This document shows, in pieces, positions 14,911 through 23,123 of a stretch of 29,261 bases of DNA; position 1 is the stretch's first letter; every line of letters begins with the position of its first letter. The stretch spans positions 1 through 29,261 of IMG/VR virus record IMGVR_UViG_3300044261_000004; one strand, written 5' to 3'. Both the position numbers and the translations under genes were made by a program. The DNA comes from a virus (lineage: Duplodnaviria; Caudoviricetes). The notes beneath the pieces were generated by a model, which was given only the letters and a program-made list of their open reading frames with translations, was not told where the DNA came from and did not search any database.

Positions 14911-16152
14911 TTAAGCCCCCAGCATAGAATAATTAACCATCTTGAAGCCTGTCCAGTGAGTGGATACGGCATCAGAAATAATAGCTTCAACCTCATCAGC
15001 CATAACGCCTTCCGCGCTTTCTCCCCAAACATAATCCCATGAGTATTTTGTAAGCCCGTTTGCATATTGTCCAATTTTAACAATATTAGTTTTAAGTCGC
15101 TTATCTGAGAATGCTTTAATGATGCTGCCAACAAGTCCGGCGGCCGCTTGATTGTTCCCAGTTTGCGCGGCGAGAGCAGCATTATTAGATGCAAGAGAGT
15201 TGGCATTGTTAGCATTTGCAGCACCCAAAATATCAGCCCCTGCAACGGATTGTTGATTGTAGCTAGTACCTTGCGGCCCCATCCCGTACAATCCCTGCAA
15301 TTGATTGCCGTATTGATTCTGGATAGCCATGTTGCCTTGAAGCCCTTGCTGTGCAGATTGATTGTTAAGTTGTGCATTCTGCAAGTTCATGCCGAACATG
15401 CCTTGAGCTGCCCCAACTCCTTGCCCAATAGCAGAGTCTCTTGCATTGCCGTATGCCTGCTGCTTTTGAAGCGCAGCATTGTTCATTGCTGTATTGTAAG
15501 CCTCTGAGCCTCTAGTAATTCCTTGATTTGCTAACTGAGATTCCATTGCAGCTTGCGACTGTTGGAATTGAGGGTCAAGATATTGTGTTTGCTGTTTATA
15601 TAGCGCATCTGTTACCTGCTGATTTAGCAGATTGGGGTCGCCAGCAGATGATTTTAGATTCCCTACAGAAAGCGGAGTATTAATTGATGACGCAAGATTC
15701 CCTTGCGCAGTATTCGCCATTCCTTGAAGCGGCGCAGATAATGAATTAGATTGCGTCCATTGGCCAGTTGTTGGGTCTTGTACCCATGTTGATTGACCTG
15801 TTGGGCCAGCTACATTTGAGCGATTTGCTAATGTAGCAGCCTTTGCAGCGGCTAGATTCCCTGCGGCAGTAGCGTTCGCGGCGTCAAGAAGGTTCGAATA
15901 TCCAACACCACCTGATCCACCTCCAGCTCCTCCAGCTCCGCCAGCTCCGCTTCCTCCGCCACTAGACCAACTAGGATTTGATCCTCCAAGACCTCCGCCA
16001 GAAGCACCGGTTGTTCCTAATTTGTCGCTGAGTGCATTGCCCCATTGGTCTATGAACGTTCCACCTTGAGCCCCGCCCACGCCACCGCCAGTCGTACCCG
16101 CAGTGCCTAATTTCGCACTAGTATTATTTGTCCAAGTTTGAACCGCACCCAT
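14911..16152 (-). CDS. Pilot/ejection protein (P22 gp7 position) with C-terminal Peptidase_S74-like chaperone domain
   Basis: Gly/Gln/Asn-rich body, LANQGI..GSEAY motif, C-terminal FSDKRLKTNI...GVMADEVE...VNYSML. Confidence 0.75.
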   Translation of the reverse strand: MGAVQTWTNNTSAKLGTAGTTGGGVGGAQGGTFIDQWGNALSDKLGTTGASGGGLGGSNPSWSSGGGSGAGGAGGAGGGSGGVGYSNLLDAANATAAGNLAAAKAATLANRSNVAGPTGQSTWVQDPTTGQWTQSNSLSAPLQGMANTAQGNLASSINTPLSVGNLKSSAGDPNLLNQQVTDALYKQQTQYLDPQFQQSQAAMESQLANQGITRGSEAYNTAMNNAALQKQQAYGNARDSAIGQGVGAAQGMFGMNLQNAQLNNQSAQQGLQGNMAIQNQYGNQLQGLYGMGPQGTSYNQQSVAGADILGAANANNANSLASNNAALAAQTGNNQAAAGLVGSIIKAFSDKRLKTNIVKIGQYANGLTKYSWDYVWGESAEGVMADEVEAIISDAVSTHWTGFKMVNYSMLGA

Positions 16153-16159
16153 GTCTAAC

Positions 16160-16200
16160 TCCTAAATTTAAAAGCTAGTGGGTAGCCACTCACCAGCAAA
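16160..16200 (-). terminator. Terminator/attenuator-like hairpin before the ejection genes
   Basis: Within this interval, GCTGGTGAGT-GGCT-ACCCACTAGC followed by TTTT and then the AGGAG RBS. Confidence 0.45.
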
Positions 16201-16208
16201 TAATATCA

Positions 16209-16541
16209 TCAAATAATATCTTTCACGAAATAAATTCCATTCCCTTGAGCATGTGAAAATCTGAAACCGTCCGCTAGAATGGCCTTCATTGATTCCGTTA
16301 CTCCATTAGTAGAAATGTCCACGCTTCCTATTAGCTTTTTAGCCCCGTCAGCCTTGGCAATTTCGCAAACTCTTTGGCTAAGTTCAGAAGCAATGCGTTT
16401 TCTCCGAAATTCAGGCTCAACATAAATATCAATCAGATAATAAGTGTCTGCGTCTAGTTTTTTAAACGTGGCGAATCCATGCTCAAGCTGTAGCAGTGAT
16501 GTTCCAGTTCTTTCATTCAAATAATCTGCGTACATTTTCAT
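16209..16541 (-). CDS. GNAT-family acetyltransferase
   Basis: IYVEPEFRRKRIASEL acetyl-CoA-binding motif and a downstream GF motif. Confidence 0.82.
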   Translation of the reverse strand: MKMYADYLNERTGTSLLQLEHGFATFKKLDADTYYLIDIYVEPEFRRKRIASELSQRVCEIAKADGAKKLIGSVDISTNGVTESMKAILADGFRFSHAQGNGIYFVKDII

Positions 16542-18127
16542 CAGAAAAGACCAATAGATTGCTCAAGGTTGTAATCAATGGAATACATTCGGGTATCAGA
16601 TTGATTTGTTCTTATTTGAACCTGCAAACTTCCCCAATATCCCATTCCATAAACGGATGACCATTTTCGTTCAGTGTAAATTGTTCCGCCCCAAACAGAC
16701 CCATCTCCCCATTTTGATACGCCCCAAATACCAATATTTGATGGTGTCGATGCAGGCATATTGAATGCCTGAATATCTTTATTAAAATCAGTTTGAAGGG
16801 TGAAGCCATAATTTGTTGTACTTGAAATACCAAGCATCACGCGCGCCATGTTCCACTTCTTCAACATGCTGGAATTGCCGAATTTTTGATAAGCCGGAAG
16901 GATTGTTGCGGTTATATCAGCGCCATTATCTGCTTGAGTGTCCCACGCCTTATAAACGCCTCCAACTCCTCCGGCATACAAGTTCTCATTGGCGAAATAC
17001 CAGCAAGTTGCAGGCAACCCAGTCCATCTAGACCAAGCCCCACTAATTGTGTTCATTACATACTGATAGCTCTGCGTTGAGCTAATTGGAATATTTACTA
17101 GCAACATATTCTGGGGTGGATAGAGGAGTAAATCCCAGCCGATATTCCCCATGTATGTTGTCGTGTCATTGGCAAGAGTTGGCTGTATTTTATCCGTCAT
17201 TTGCAAGTGGGTACTAACTCGGCTTGACATTAGCGACTTACTCATTTGCGCAATACCATCTTTGCAGATGATTAATAAATCGCCGCCATACTTGCAAGTC
17301 TTTGCTACCGGATCGCCGATTTGAACAGTAGGGCTACCGATATAAAACACGCCAGTTAATGCCCATGTGTTGGCGCTTGCTGGGTCAGTTCCTCTGTATA
17401 TCGCCACCTCCCCATTGCTGGTAAAAACTACAAAGTAGTCATCAACACCATACCCGCCATCAATAGTCCATGTATCCATTTTGCAAACATGTCCGCCTCT
17501 TTTGAATATGGGGCCGAAGTCAAACTTAGTTGCCGCACCTGCTATTGCATCAATAGGAAGATACCAGCAAGCCATAGTTCCTTTTTGAGTGAACCATAGG
17601 CGATGTTTGAATAAGCAAATATCAATTAAGTTTGTGGTTGTCACCCCAGTTATTGCGTACGGAGCGGAAACCCCTGTTATTGGATACCATGTAGTTCCAT
17701 CATATAGTAAAGGGACGTCTACCCCGTTCAGTGCGTACATGAAAGAGCCGCCGGAATTAGTAAATGACGTATGGCTGAATTTTGCCGAACCCAGCCCCGT
17801 AAATATAGCCGCCCCTACAGCACCTTTCACCGACACATCATAAATTGAACAATTACCAAGATTATCGGAAGCGGCAAATATCTTTTCGGTTCCACTTGGC
17901 GAGTCGTAGTCGAATATCGTCTTAACTGTTCCAGAGATACCAGAAGACCAAACTGTATATCCTTTTCGTATTTGTAACTCCGAAGGCAAGCAGAACATAT
18001 TATCCAGAATTACCGCATCTAGCGGCTTCATTTCTGGCAATGGGTCGCGGGTATTCCATCCTCCTATTGGTGCGGGGGTCGATACCGTCTGCGCTTTGCG
18101 TGATGTATTTTGAGCGGATAGCTTCAT
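16541..18127 (-). CDS. Tail hub / packaged-DNA stabilisation protein (P22 gp10 or T7 gp12 analogue)
   Basis: 528 aa, beta-rich; PAPIGGWNTRD N-terminus; follows the adaptor gene. Confidence 0.75.
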   Translation of the reverse strand: MKLSAQNTSRKAQTVSTPAPIGGWNTRDPLPEMKPLDAVILDNMFCLPSELQIRKGYTVWSSGISGTVKTIFDYDSPSGTEKIFAASDNLGNCSIYDVSVKGAVGAAIFTGLGSAKFSHTSFTNSGGSFMYALNGVDVPLLYDGTTWYPITGVSAPYAITGVTTTNLIDICLFKHRLWFTQKGTMACWYLPIDAIAGAATKFDFGPIFKRGGHVCKMDTWTIDGGYGVDDYFVVFTSNGEVAIYRGTDPASANTWALTGVFYIGSPTVQIGDPVAKTCKYGGDLLIICKDGIAQMSKSLMSSRVSTHLQMTDKIQPTLANDTTTYMGNIGWDLLLYPPQNMLLVNIPISSTQSYQYVMNTISGAWSRWTGLPATCWYFANENLYAGGVGGVYKAWDTQADNGADITATILPAYQKFGNSSMLKKWNMARVMLGISSTTNYGFTLQTDFNKDIQAFNMPASTPSNIGIWGVSKWGDGSVWGGTIYTERKWSSVYGMGYWGSLQVQIRTNQSDTRMYSIDYNLEQSIGLF

Positions 18128-18835
18128 TTAAGCGCCCCATGAACCGCTTGGGATTATTACAGCAGGGAATATGTCATAACGAGCTTCGCCCATATTTAAA
18201 ATAGGCTTTGCTGCATCCTTCCCGATTGCATCTAATACACGGCGTTCATATTTTTGGAAATCTGTTCCAAAATCCAAACCCTTTGCCGCTTTCCACCGCC
18301 AGATTAGTCCGTAAGTAAGAATATCCTCATTTAATACTGATAGGTCGCCATCTGCGGTATATGCCGTCTTTTCAACAGCTCCAGTAGAATCAGTGGCAAT
18401 TGCTTTAGACACATACTCAAAATAGCAATCTTGACCAGCGGCGGGAGCGGGGAAGAAGTTTAGCGAGTTTCCTTTGATGCGGTATTGATTCCACGGCCCA
18501 GCATTGAACATCGCCTTTTGTTGCTGCCAATATTGCGCACCCAATGGGCCGAACACTGGTCGGCGAATAGTTCTATTCCAGATAGTGTCGTTTAGGACAT
18601 ACCCAAGGTTAGGGCATATTGTGGAAATAAGTCCTTGTTGCTCAGCGGCAACGGTAACAAAGTGGGATTCCCTTGCCAGTGCTTGCCAGTTTGTACGGGT
18701 AGCCAATTCACTTGCCTCTTCATTAAGAAGAGCAAGCATTTGTAAATATGTCTGATCGGTATTTGTTGCGACTGCGTTTGGTGAGGGTAGCCCGATTCTC
18801 GCGCATGTGTTTTGAACTATCGTCAATAGCGACAT
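18128..18835 (-). CDS. Head-tail adaptor / tail tubular protein A-like
   Basis: MSLLTIVQ...IGLPSP start and GLIWRWK..KGLD motif; gene order. Confidence 0.72.
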   Translation of the reverse strand: MSLLTIVQNTCARIGLPSPNAVATNTDQTYLQMLALLNEEASELATRTNWQALARESHFVTVAAEQQGLISTICPNLGYVLNDTIWNRTIRRPVFGPLGAQYWQQQKAMFNAGPWNQYRIKGNSLNFFPAPAAGQDCYFEYVSKAIATDSTGAVEKTAYTADGDLSVLNEDILTYGLIWRWKAAKGLDFGTDFQKYERRVLDAIGKDAAKPILNMGEARYDIFPAVIIPSGSWGA

Positions 18836-18853
18836 TGGCTACCCTTTCATTGA

Positions 18854-19459
18854 TTATTCCTCGGATGCTGGCTTGCGGCCACGCTTCTTTACTTCTTTTT
18901 CTTCGACAACTAATGCAGATAATTGCTCTACTCGCTTGGAAAGCTCTTCAATTTTCACCTTCAAAGCAGAATTTTCTTCCGCAAGGCGGCCATTAACATT
19001 ACCTTCAAGTATTTGAGCCGCTTTCTGTTTAAGAGCGCGACCGCCCATCCCCATTAAGCTCATGGCTTCTTCATTGCATGTCGCTAGAGCTTCAAGTGTG
19101 AAAATCTTGACGCTTTCACATTGCGCTACTTCCGCGGGACTAAAAGCCATAGATGCCCGGATTGGTGTTCCGTCATGGTCTAACTCTAGACCGTTTTTGT
19201 AATTCTGCAACAACTTGGAAAAACGCTCATACCATTGGGTATATTCATTTGCGGCAGAATCAAATGCCCCACGAGTTTGAGCCTTATCCAAAAGTTGAGC
19301 AATCCATTCATCGGCAACCTTAACAACTTCATCTTTTGATCCTGCGCTAGTGATATACGCCATGATCTTATTAGAAAATTGATTATGCCCGTCATTATCC
19401 TTAGTTGTTACAACTTCGGTCTCAAAACGTACATAAGGCATTCTAGCTGCTTGAATCAT
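18854..19459 (-). CDS. Hypothetical morphogenesis-region protein
   Basis: Start moved to ATG 19459 (AAGGAG RBS, downstream of a terminator); coiled coil plus KKRGRKP tail. Confidence 0.7.
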   Translation of the reverse strand: MIQAARMPYVRFETEVVTTKDNDGHNQFSNKIMAYITSAGSKDEVVKVADEWIAQLLDKAQTRGAFDSAANEYTQWYERFSKLLQNYKNGLELDHDGTPIRASMAFSPAEVAQCESVKIFTLEALATCNEEAMSLMGMGGRALKQKAAQILEGNVNGRLAEENSALKVKIEELSKRVEQLSALVVEEKEVKKRGRKPASEE

Positions 19460-19531
19460 CTTCTTTCTCCTTTGGGTAGCCAATTGGGTTTTATGGTGCA
19501 TTTTACCATTTAGGAAAGCAAACTGCACTAC

Positions 19532-19555
19532 AAAACCCCCTCCGAAGAGGGGGGA
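19532..19555 (-). terminator. Rho-independent terminator
   Basis: CCCCCTC-TTCG-GAGGGGG followed by TTTT. Confidence 0.85.
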
Positions 19556-19567
19556 GTAATTGACTTA

Positions 19568-20350
19568 TTAGGTCACGTTGCCTTGTGCAAACGGATTGTT
19601 GAACTGCACGATAGGGAAGAAGTTGGTAGCATCGTTGTTAGTGAATGTTACGTTTCCGCTGATATTAGCCGAATTCGCAACACTTACTGTAACGGTAGTT
19701 CCATCTGCCGACAGGTCAGTGATAATGGTATTTGTTCCCACACCAGTGCCCGAGCCTACCTGCCCAACAAACAAGCCGTCCGTGTTCGCAACTTTAATTG
19801 TAAACGCGCCAGATTGACCGGAACCTGCTTTAACAACCGTTCCTGTAGCGGCGACTACTGGACACATACCAACCAATTGACGGCCTGCTGTAAGCGTTAC
19901 AAATGCAGCCCCGGCTGTTGCAGAGATAAACAACGGAGCGGCTACTGCTGTAGCTGCCAAAGACCAAACGGGCAGCGTGCCTGACAGCGCGAACCACGCA
20001 TATTGAGCAAAGGACGCATTGTTAGGAACTGCGTTAATCGCCACAGCAACAGGTTTGCTCAAGTTCGCAGTTACCGGAAGGATTACGAAACTATAGTTAC
20101 TTGCAAATCCCGCGTTAGTCGCGGCAGCCCAAGTTGACAAGGTTCCTACCTTAATGGCGGTGGTATTTTTTGGAACGCACAACCGAATCGCTGTGCCGGA
20201 ACCATAGTAAGGATCGTTAAAGTTTACAATTGTCCCGACTGGGATAATGGGTTTATAGCTTGTGTCATTATCTGCGACCTCGATAGAGGAAGAGAAGTTG
20301 CCAAGAACTTGCGAACCCGCATACGGATATTGAATTGCTGCTACTGTCAT
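19568..20350 (-). CDS. Capsid decoration/cement-like structural protein
   Basis: Directly after the MCP, AAGGAG RBS, Ala/Thr/Val-rich beta composition. Confidence 0.65.
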   Translation of the reverse strand: MTVAAIQYPYAGSQVLGNFSSSIEVADNDTSYKPIIPVGTIVNFNDPYYGSGTAIRLCVPKNTTAIKVGTLSTWAAATNAGFASNYSFVILPVTANLSKPVAVAINAVPNNASFAQYAWFALSGTLPVWSLAATAVAAPLFISATAGAAFVTLTAGRQLVGMCPVVAATGTVVKAGSGQSGAFTIKVANTDGLFVGQVGSGTGVGTNTIITDLSADGTTVTVSVANSANISGNVTFTNNDATNFFPIVQFNNPFAQGNVT

Positions 20351-20372
20351 AATATTCTCCTTGAATATGTTT

Positions 20373-20394
20373 AAGAAGGGGGCATAAAGCCCCC
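20373..20394 (-). terminator. Terminator-like hairpin after the major capsid gene
   Basis: GGGGGC-TTTAT-GCCCCC followed by TTCTT. Confidence 0.65.
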
Positions 20395-20399
20395 ATCAA

Positions 20400-21383
20400 T
20401 TAGGCTTTCATCACGCCTTGCAGGAATCGGGCGCTAACAACCAAGTTGCCCTGTGTAAGAACTGGAATTACAACCGCGTCCTGATTAACAGAGCGCAATT
20501 CATCCATCATAGTCATGTTTGCATATTTATGAACCACCCACTCAAGATAGTCGGTGTTGATGAAATAAGCATGAGATTGAGGAATACCGCCGCTGGTATC
20601 AAAGAACACATCGGCAGATTTATACTTCATCGAAATCATACCGCCCTGCCCGTTTTCGTCCGAAGTATAACGCTTCAGAGAAGTTTGGCTTTGCTCGTAC
20701 ATGGTGAAGTAGTCGTCAGACATTACGATCATGTCAGGCATGTCAGTACCACGGGTCAATTTCAGCCACATTGGGAGCATTAAGCTCTCGATTGTAGATG
20801 CCGACGGCGTGATAGCGGAGCCGCCTTGCAATGGAGCCGCAGCAGATTGAATGATATTTTTCCAGAATGCCCAGTTAGTGGAGTTAATACCGCCAACCGT
20901 GCCAGTACCTGCATCGGAAATCAGAGCTTGCAGGCCGTTAATCTGGTTTGCCGCTGTACCGTCCGAATACATATCAACCGATAAGCCGTTAGCCATCGAG
21001 CGCATTGCGTTCTTAACTTTGGATTTTGTGAAGTTGATAATGCGATTTTCACCGCTGTTAGTGCGCAATTCCAAACCAGACGCTGCCACGTTTACAGCAA
21101 CTTGACGCCAAGGATACTCTGCGCTTGTCAGTACATCAACAGCATTAATGTTTAGAACATCAAAGCCGCTGTATCGCTGATATGTCGAGTTCGCTTGGTA
21201 ATCGAGCGGCTGCACGATGGTCAAACCGCCGTCTTCAACACGGGTGCGGCCTTTTTCGGTCAAACGGCGAAATAGTGCATTGTGCTTTGTTACTTGGTCG
21301 GCTACCTCTTTCGAGTGTGCGCGGTAAGTGGTGGAAGCAAGTTCCGACCACGCTGTGATAATGCTAGATGCGGGGGATGCCAT
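20400..21383 (-). CDS. Major capsid protein
   Basis: 327 aa after the scaffold; AAAGGAG RBS; YSGFDVL, DGT...INGLQAL and GNLVVS..FLQG motifs; followed by a terminator. Confidence 0.88.
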   Translation of the reverse strand: MASPASSIITAWSELASTTYRAHSKEVADQVTKHNALFRRLTEKGRTRVEDGGLTIVQPLDYQANSTYQRYSGFDVLNINAVDVLTSAEYPWRQVAVNVAASGLELRTNSGENRIINFTKSKVKNAMRSMANGLSVDMYSDGTAANQINGLQALISDAGTGTVGGINSTNWAFWKNIIQSAAAPLQGGSAITPSASTIESLMLPMWLKLTRGTDMPDMIVMSDDYFTMYEQSQTSLKRYTSDENGQGGMISMKYKSADVFFDTSGGIPQSHAYFINTDYLEWVVHKYANMTMMDELRSVNQDAVVIPVLTQGNLVVSARFLQGVMKA

Positions 21384-21396
21384 AATCTATTCTCCT

Positions 21397-22410
21397 TTAA
21401 TACATGCCGAGTTCTTTTGCTGCGGCACGAATCGTATCGTCCATTGTGCCAACGGAAGGTTGCGCGGGGATTACTCCTCGACGCGGTACATTCACCTTGG
21501 CGGCTGTTTTTGCTTGCTTTGCCTTTTCCGATGCCTTAGCTCGTTCTTCTGCTTGCTGTTTAGCAATGATCGAAGTTCGAATATTTGCATCAGCCCAGAT
21601 AGCGGTTTCATAAGCCTCTTGAAGCGTTTTCGCCGCACCACCCTGTAAAAGGTCTGCCATACGTTCACGCACAGTATCAAAATGCTCATGATCTTTTGCG
21701 AAATTCGATAATTCGCTGTTTAGCGACACCGATTCGCGCTGCTGCTGCTGCTCTTGCATTTGTCGCATCAATTCGGCCTGTTTAGCCTCGAATTGTTGCA
21801 ACTGATTTTGTAAATGCCCGACTTCTGGATTAACCTGCGGGGTATTTGTAAACCATTCAGGATTGATGCCGTAAGAGGCAATAATGTCTTGTACTGCTGC
21901 TACCTTTTGAGCAGGGGAACCATTGCGCAAGGTATTTTCAGTGCGTAGGATTCCCTCGATTGCTTTTTCTGGCGCAAGTCCGGCAGATTCGAAATTCCGA
22001 GCATAAGGAGCGAATGCAGCCTCGTATCTGCTGGCTTTTTCTGCTTGGTCTTTGTATTGTTTTATGCCGCGAATATTGTCTTCTTCGCGCTTTAGAACTT
22101 CTGCCTGAACATCTGGCGGAAGTGAAGAAAATTTAGCCTTTGTCTCAGCTTTCCAGCTAGACGGAGGCTTGATTTGAGGGGATTCTTCTTGATGATCCTG
22201 CTGTTCTTCCTGCTGTTCTTGATGTGGCTCAGCTTTAACTTCTACGGCTTCGTCTTTTGCTACTTCTTGCGTATCTTTTTGCGCAAATTTACCTTGACCG
22301 TCGCGCTCTACTTCCCCGCGAGATTGAATATCAGCCCATGCTGAACTGATTGTGTCTTCCATTGAAGGTAGTGCAACTTCATCATTCTGGGTGTCCAGAT
22401 TTTCTTCCAT
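21397..22410 (-). CDS. Scaffolding protein
   Basis: Acidic N-terminus, RDGQGKFA and PPSSWK motifs, coiled coil, YETAIWA; immediately before the MCP. Confidence 0.8.
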   Translation of the reverse strand: MEENLDTQNDEVALPSMEDTISSAWADIQSRGEVERDGQGKFAQKDTQEVAKDEAVEVKAEPHQEQQEEQQDHQEESPQIKPPSSWKAETKAKFSSLPPDVQAEVLKREEDNIRGIKQYKDQAEKASRYEAAFAPYARNFESAGLAPEKAIEGILRTENTLRNGSPAQKVAAVQDIIASYGINPEWFTNTPQVNPEVGHLQNQLQQFEAKQAELMRQMQEQQQQRESVSLNSELSNFAKDHEHFDTVRERMADLLQGGAAKTLQEAYETAIWADANIRTSIIAKQQAEERAKASEKAKQAKTAAKVNVPRRGVIPAQPSVGTMDDTIRAAAKELGMY

Positions 22411-22510
22411 TTAATTCTCCAAGTAGGATTGGTCTATTTCACAACAGTCCATATTGCTGCTGCCTCACGGCATGAGCTAGTGCTAACTTAACACACAATC
22501 AAAAATAATG

Positions 22511-22891
22511 CTATCCAGCAGATTCTAAACTTCGTTTTGTTTCACTAGGCAAAGACTGCCATGCTTCAATTGCTGCCTTTTCAGCAGACTTATCTAGCAT
22601 CTTGTCAAAGTCTTTTTCTCTCTGTTGCGCGGCTTTTGTTTCCGCATCGCGTCCCTCCCAAGGTCTAGACCCTGATGCTTTAAGGTCGTTCCTGCGCTGG
22701 CGCGGGGTATCAATCCATTTTCCTGTTACTGGTGATTGATACGACTGCATTACATAAACAGAGGCAGATTTAATAGGCTCTCTGTGCATTTTTACCACAC
22801 GAGACCACTCTTCTTCCGCGTCTTTATCACCTACAATCTTTCCGTGGAAATCAAACCAGTGAATCTTGTGCTCATTGCTTCCCAGTATCAT
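22511..22891 (-). CDS. Hypothetical protein between portal and scaffold
   Basis: YQSPVTGKWID..RQRR motif; ATGA coupling. Confidence 0.7.
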   Translation of the reverse strand: MILGSNEHKIHWFDFHGKIVGDKDAEEEWSRVVKMHREPIKSASVYVMQSYQSPVTGKWIDTPRQRRNDLKASGSRPWEGRDAETKAAQQREKDFDKMLDKSAEKAAIEAWQSLPSETKRSLESAG

Positions 22892-23112
22892 GCTGCCATC
22901 TGCGCGATAATTTCAGCACCTTGGGCTGCGGCATTCCCTGCTGTTGTAACACGGCACCAGCGAGATTTTCCAGCATAAGGTGGAACACCTCCAACCACAT
23001 AGCAATCATTAAATGCGGGGTCTGACGTAGGAACCATGCGAACTAAATTAAGCTCAAGGTCAGACCCGTCAGGGTCAATTACCGCTTGTATTTGATCTGC
23101 TGTAGCAACCAT
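22888..23112 (-). CDS. Hypothetical protein (74 aa)
   Basis: AAGGAG RBS; in line with the operon. Confidence 0.7.
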   Translation of the reverse strand: MVATADQIQAVIDPDGSDLELNLVRMVPTSDPAFNDCYVVGGVPPYAGKSRWCRVTTAGNAAAQGAEIIAQMAA

Positions 23113-23123
23113 TCTAATCTCCT

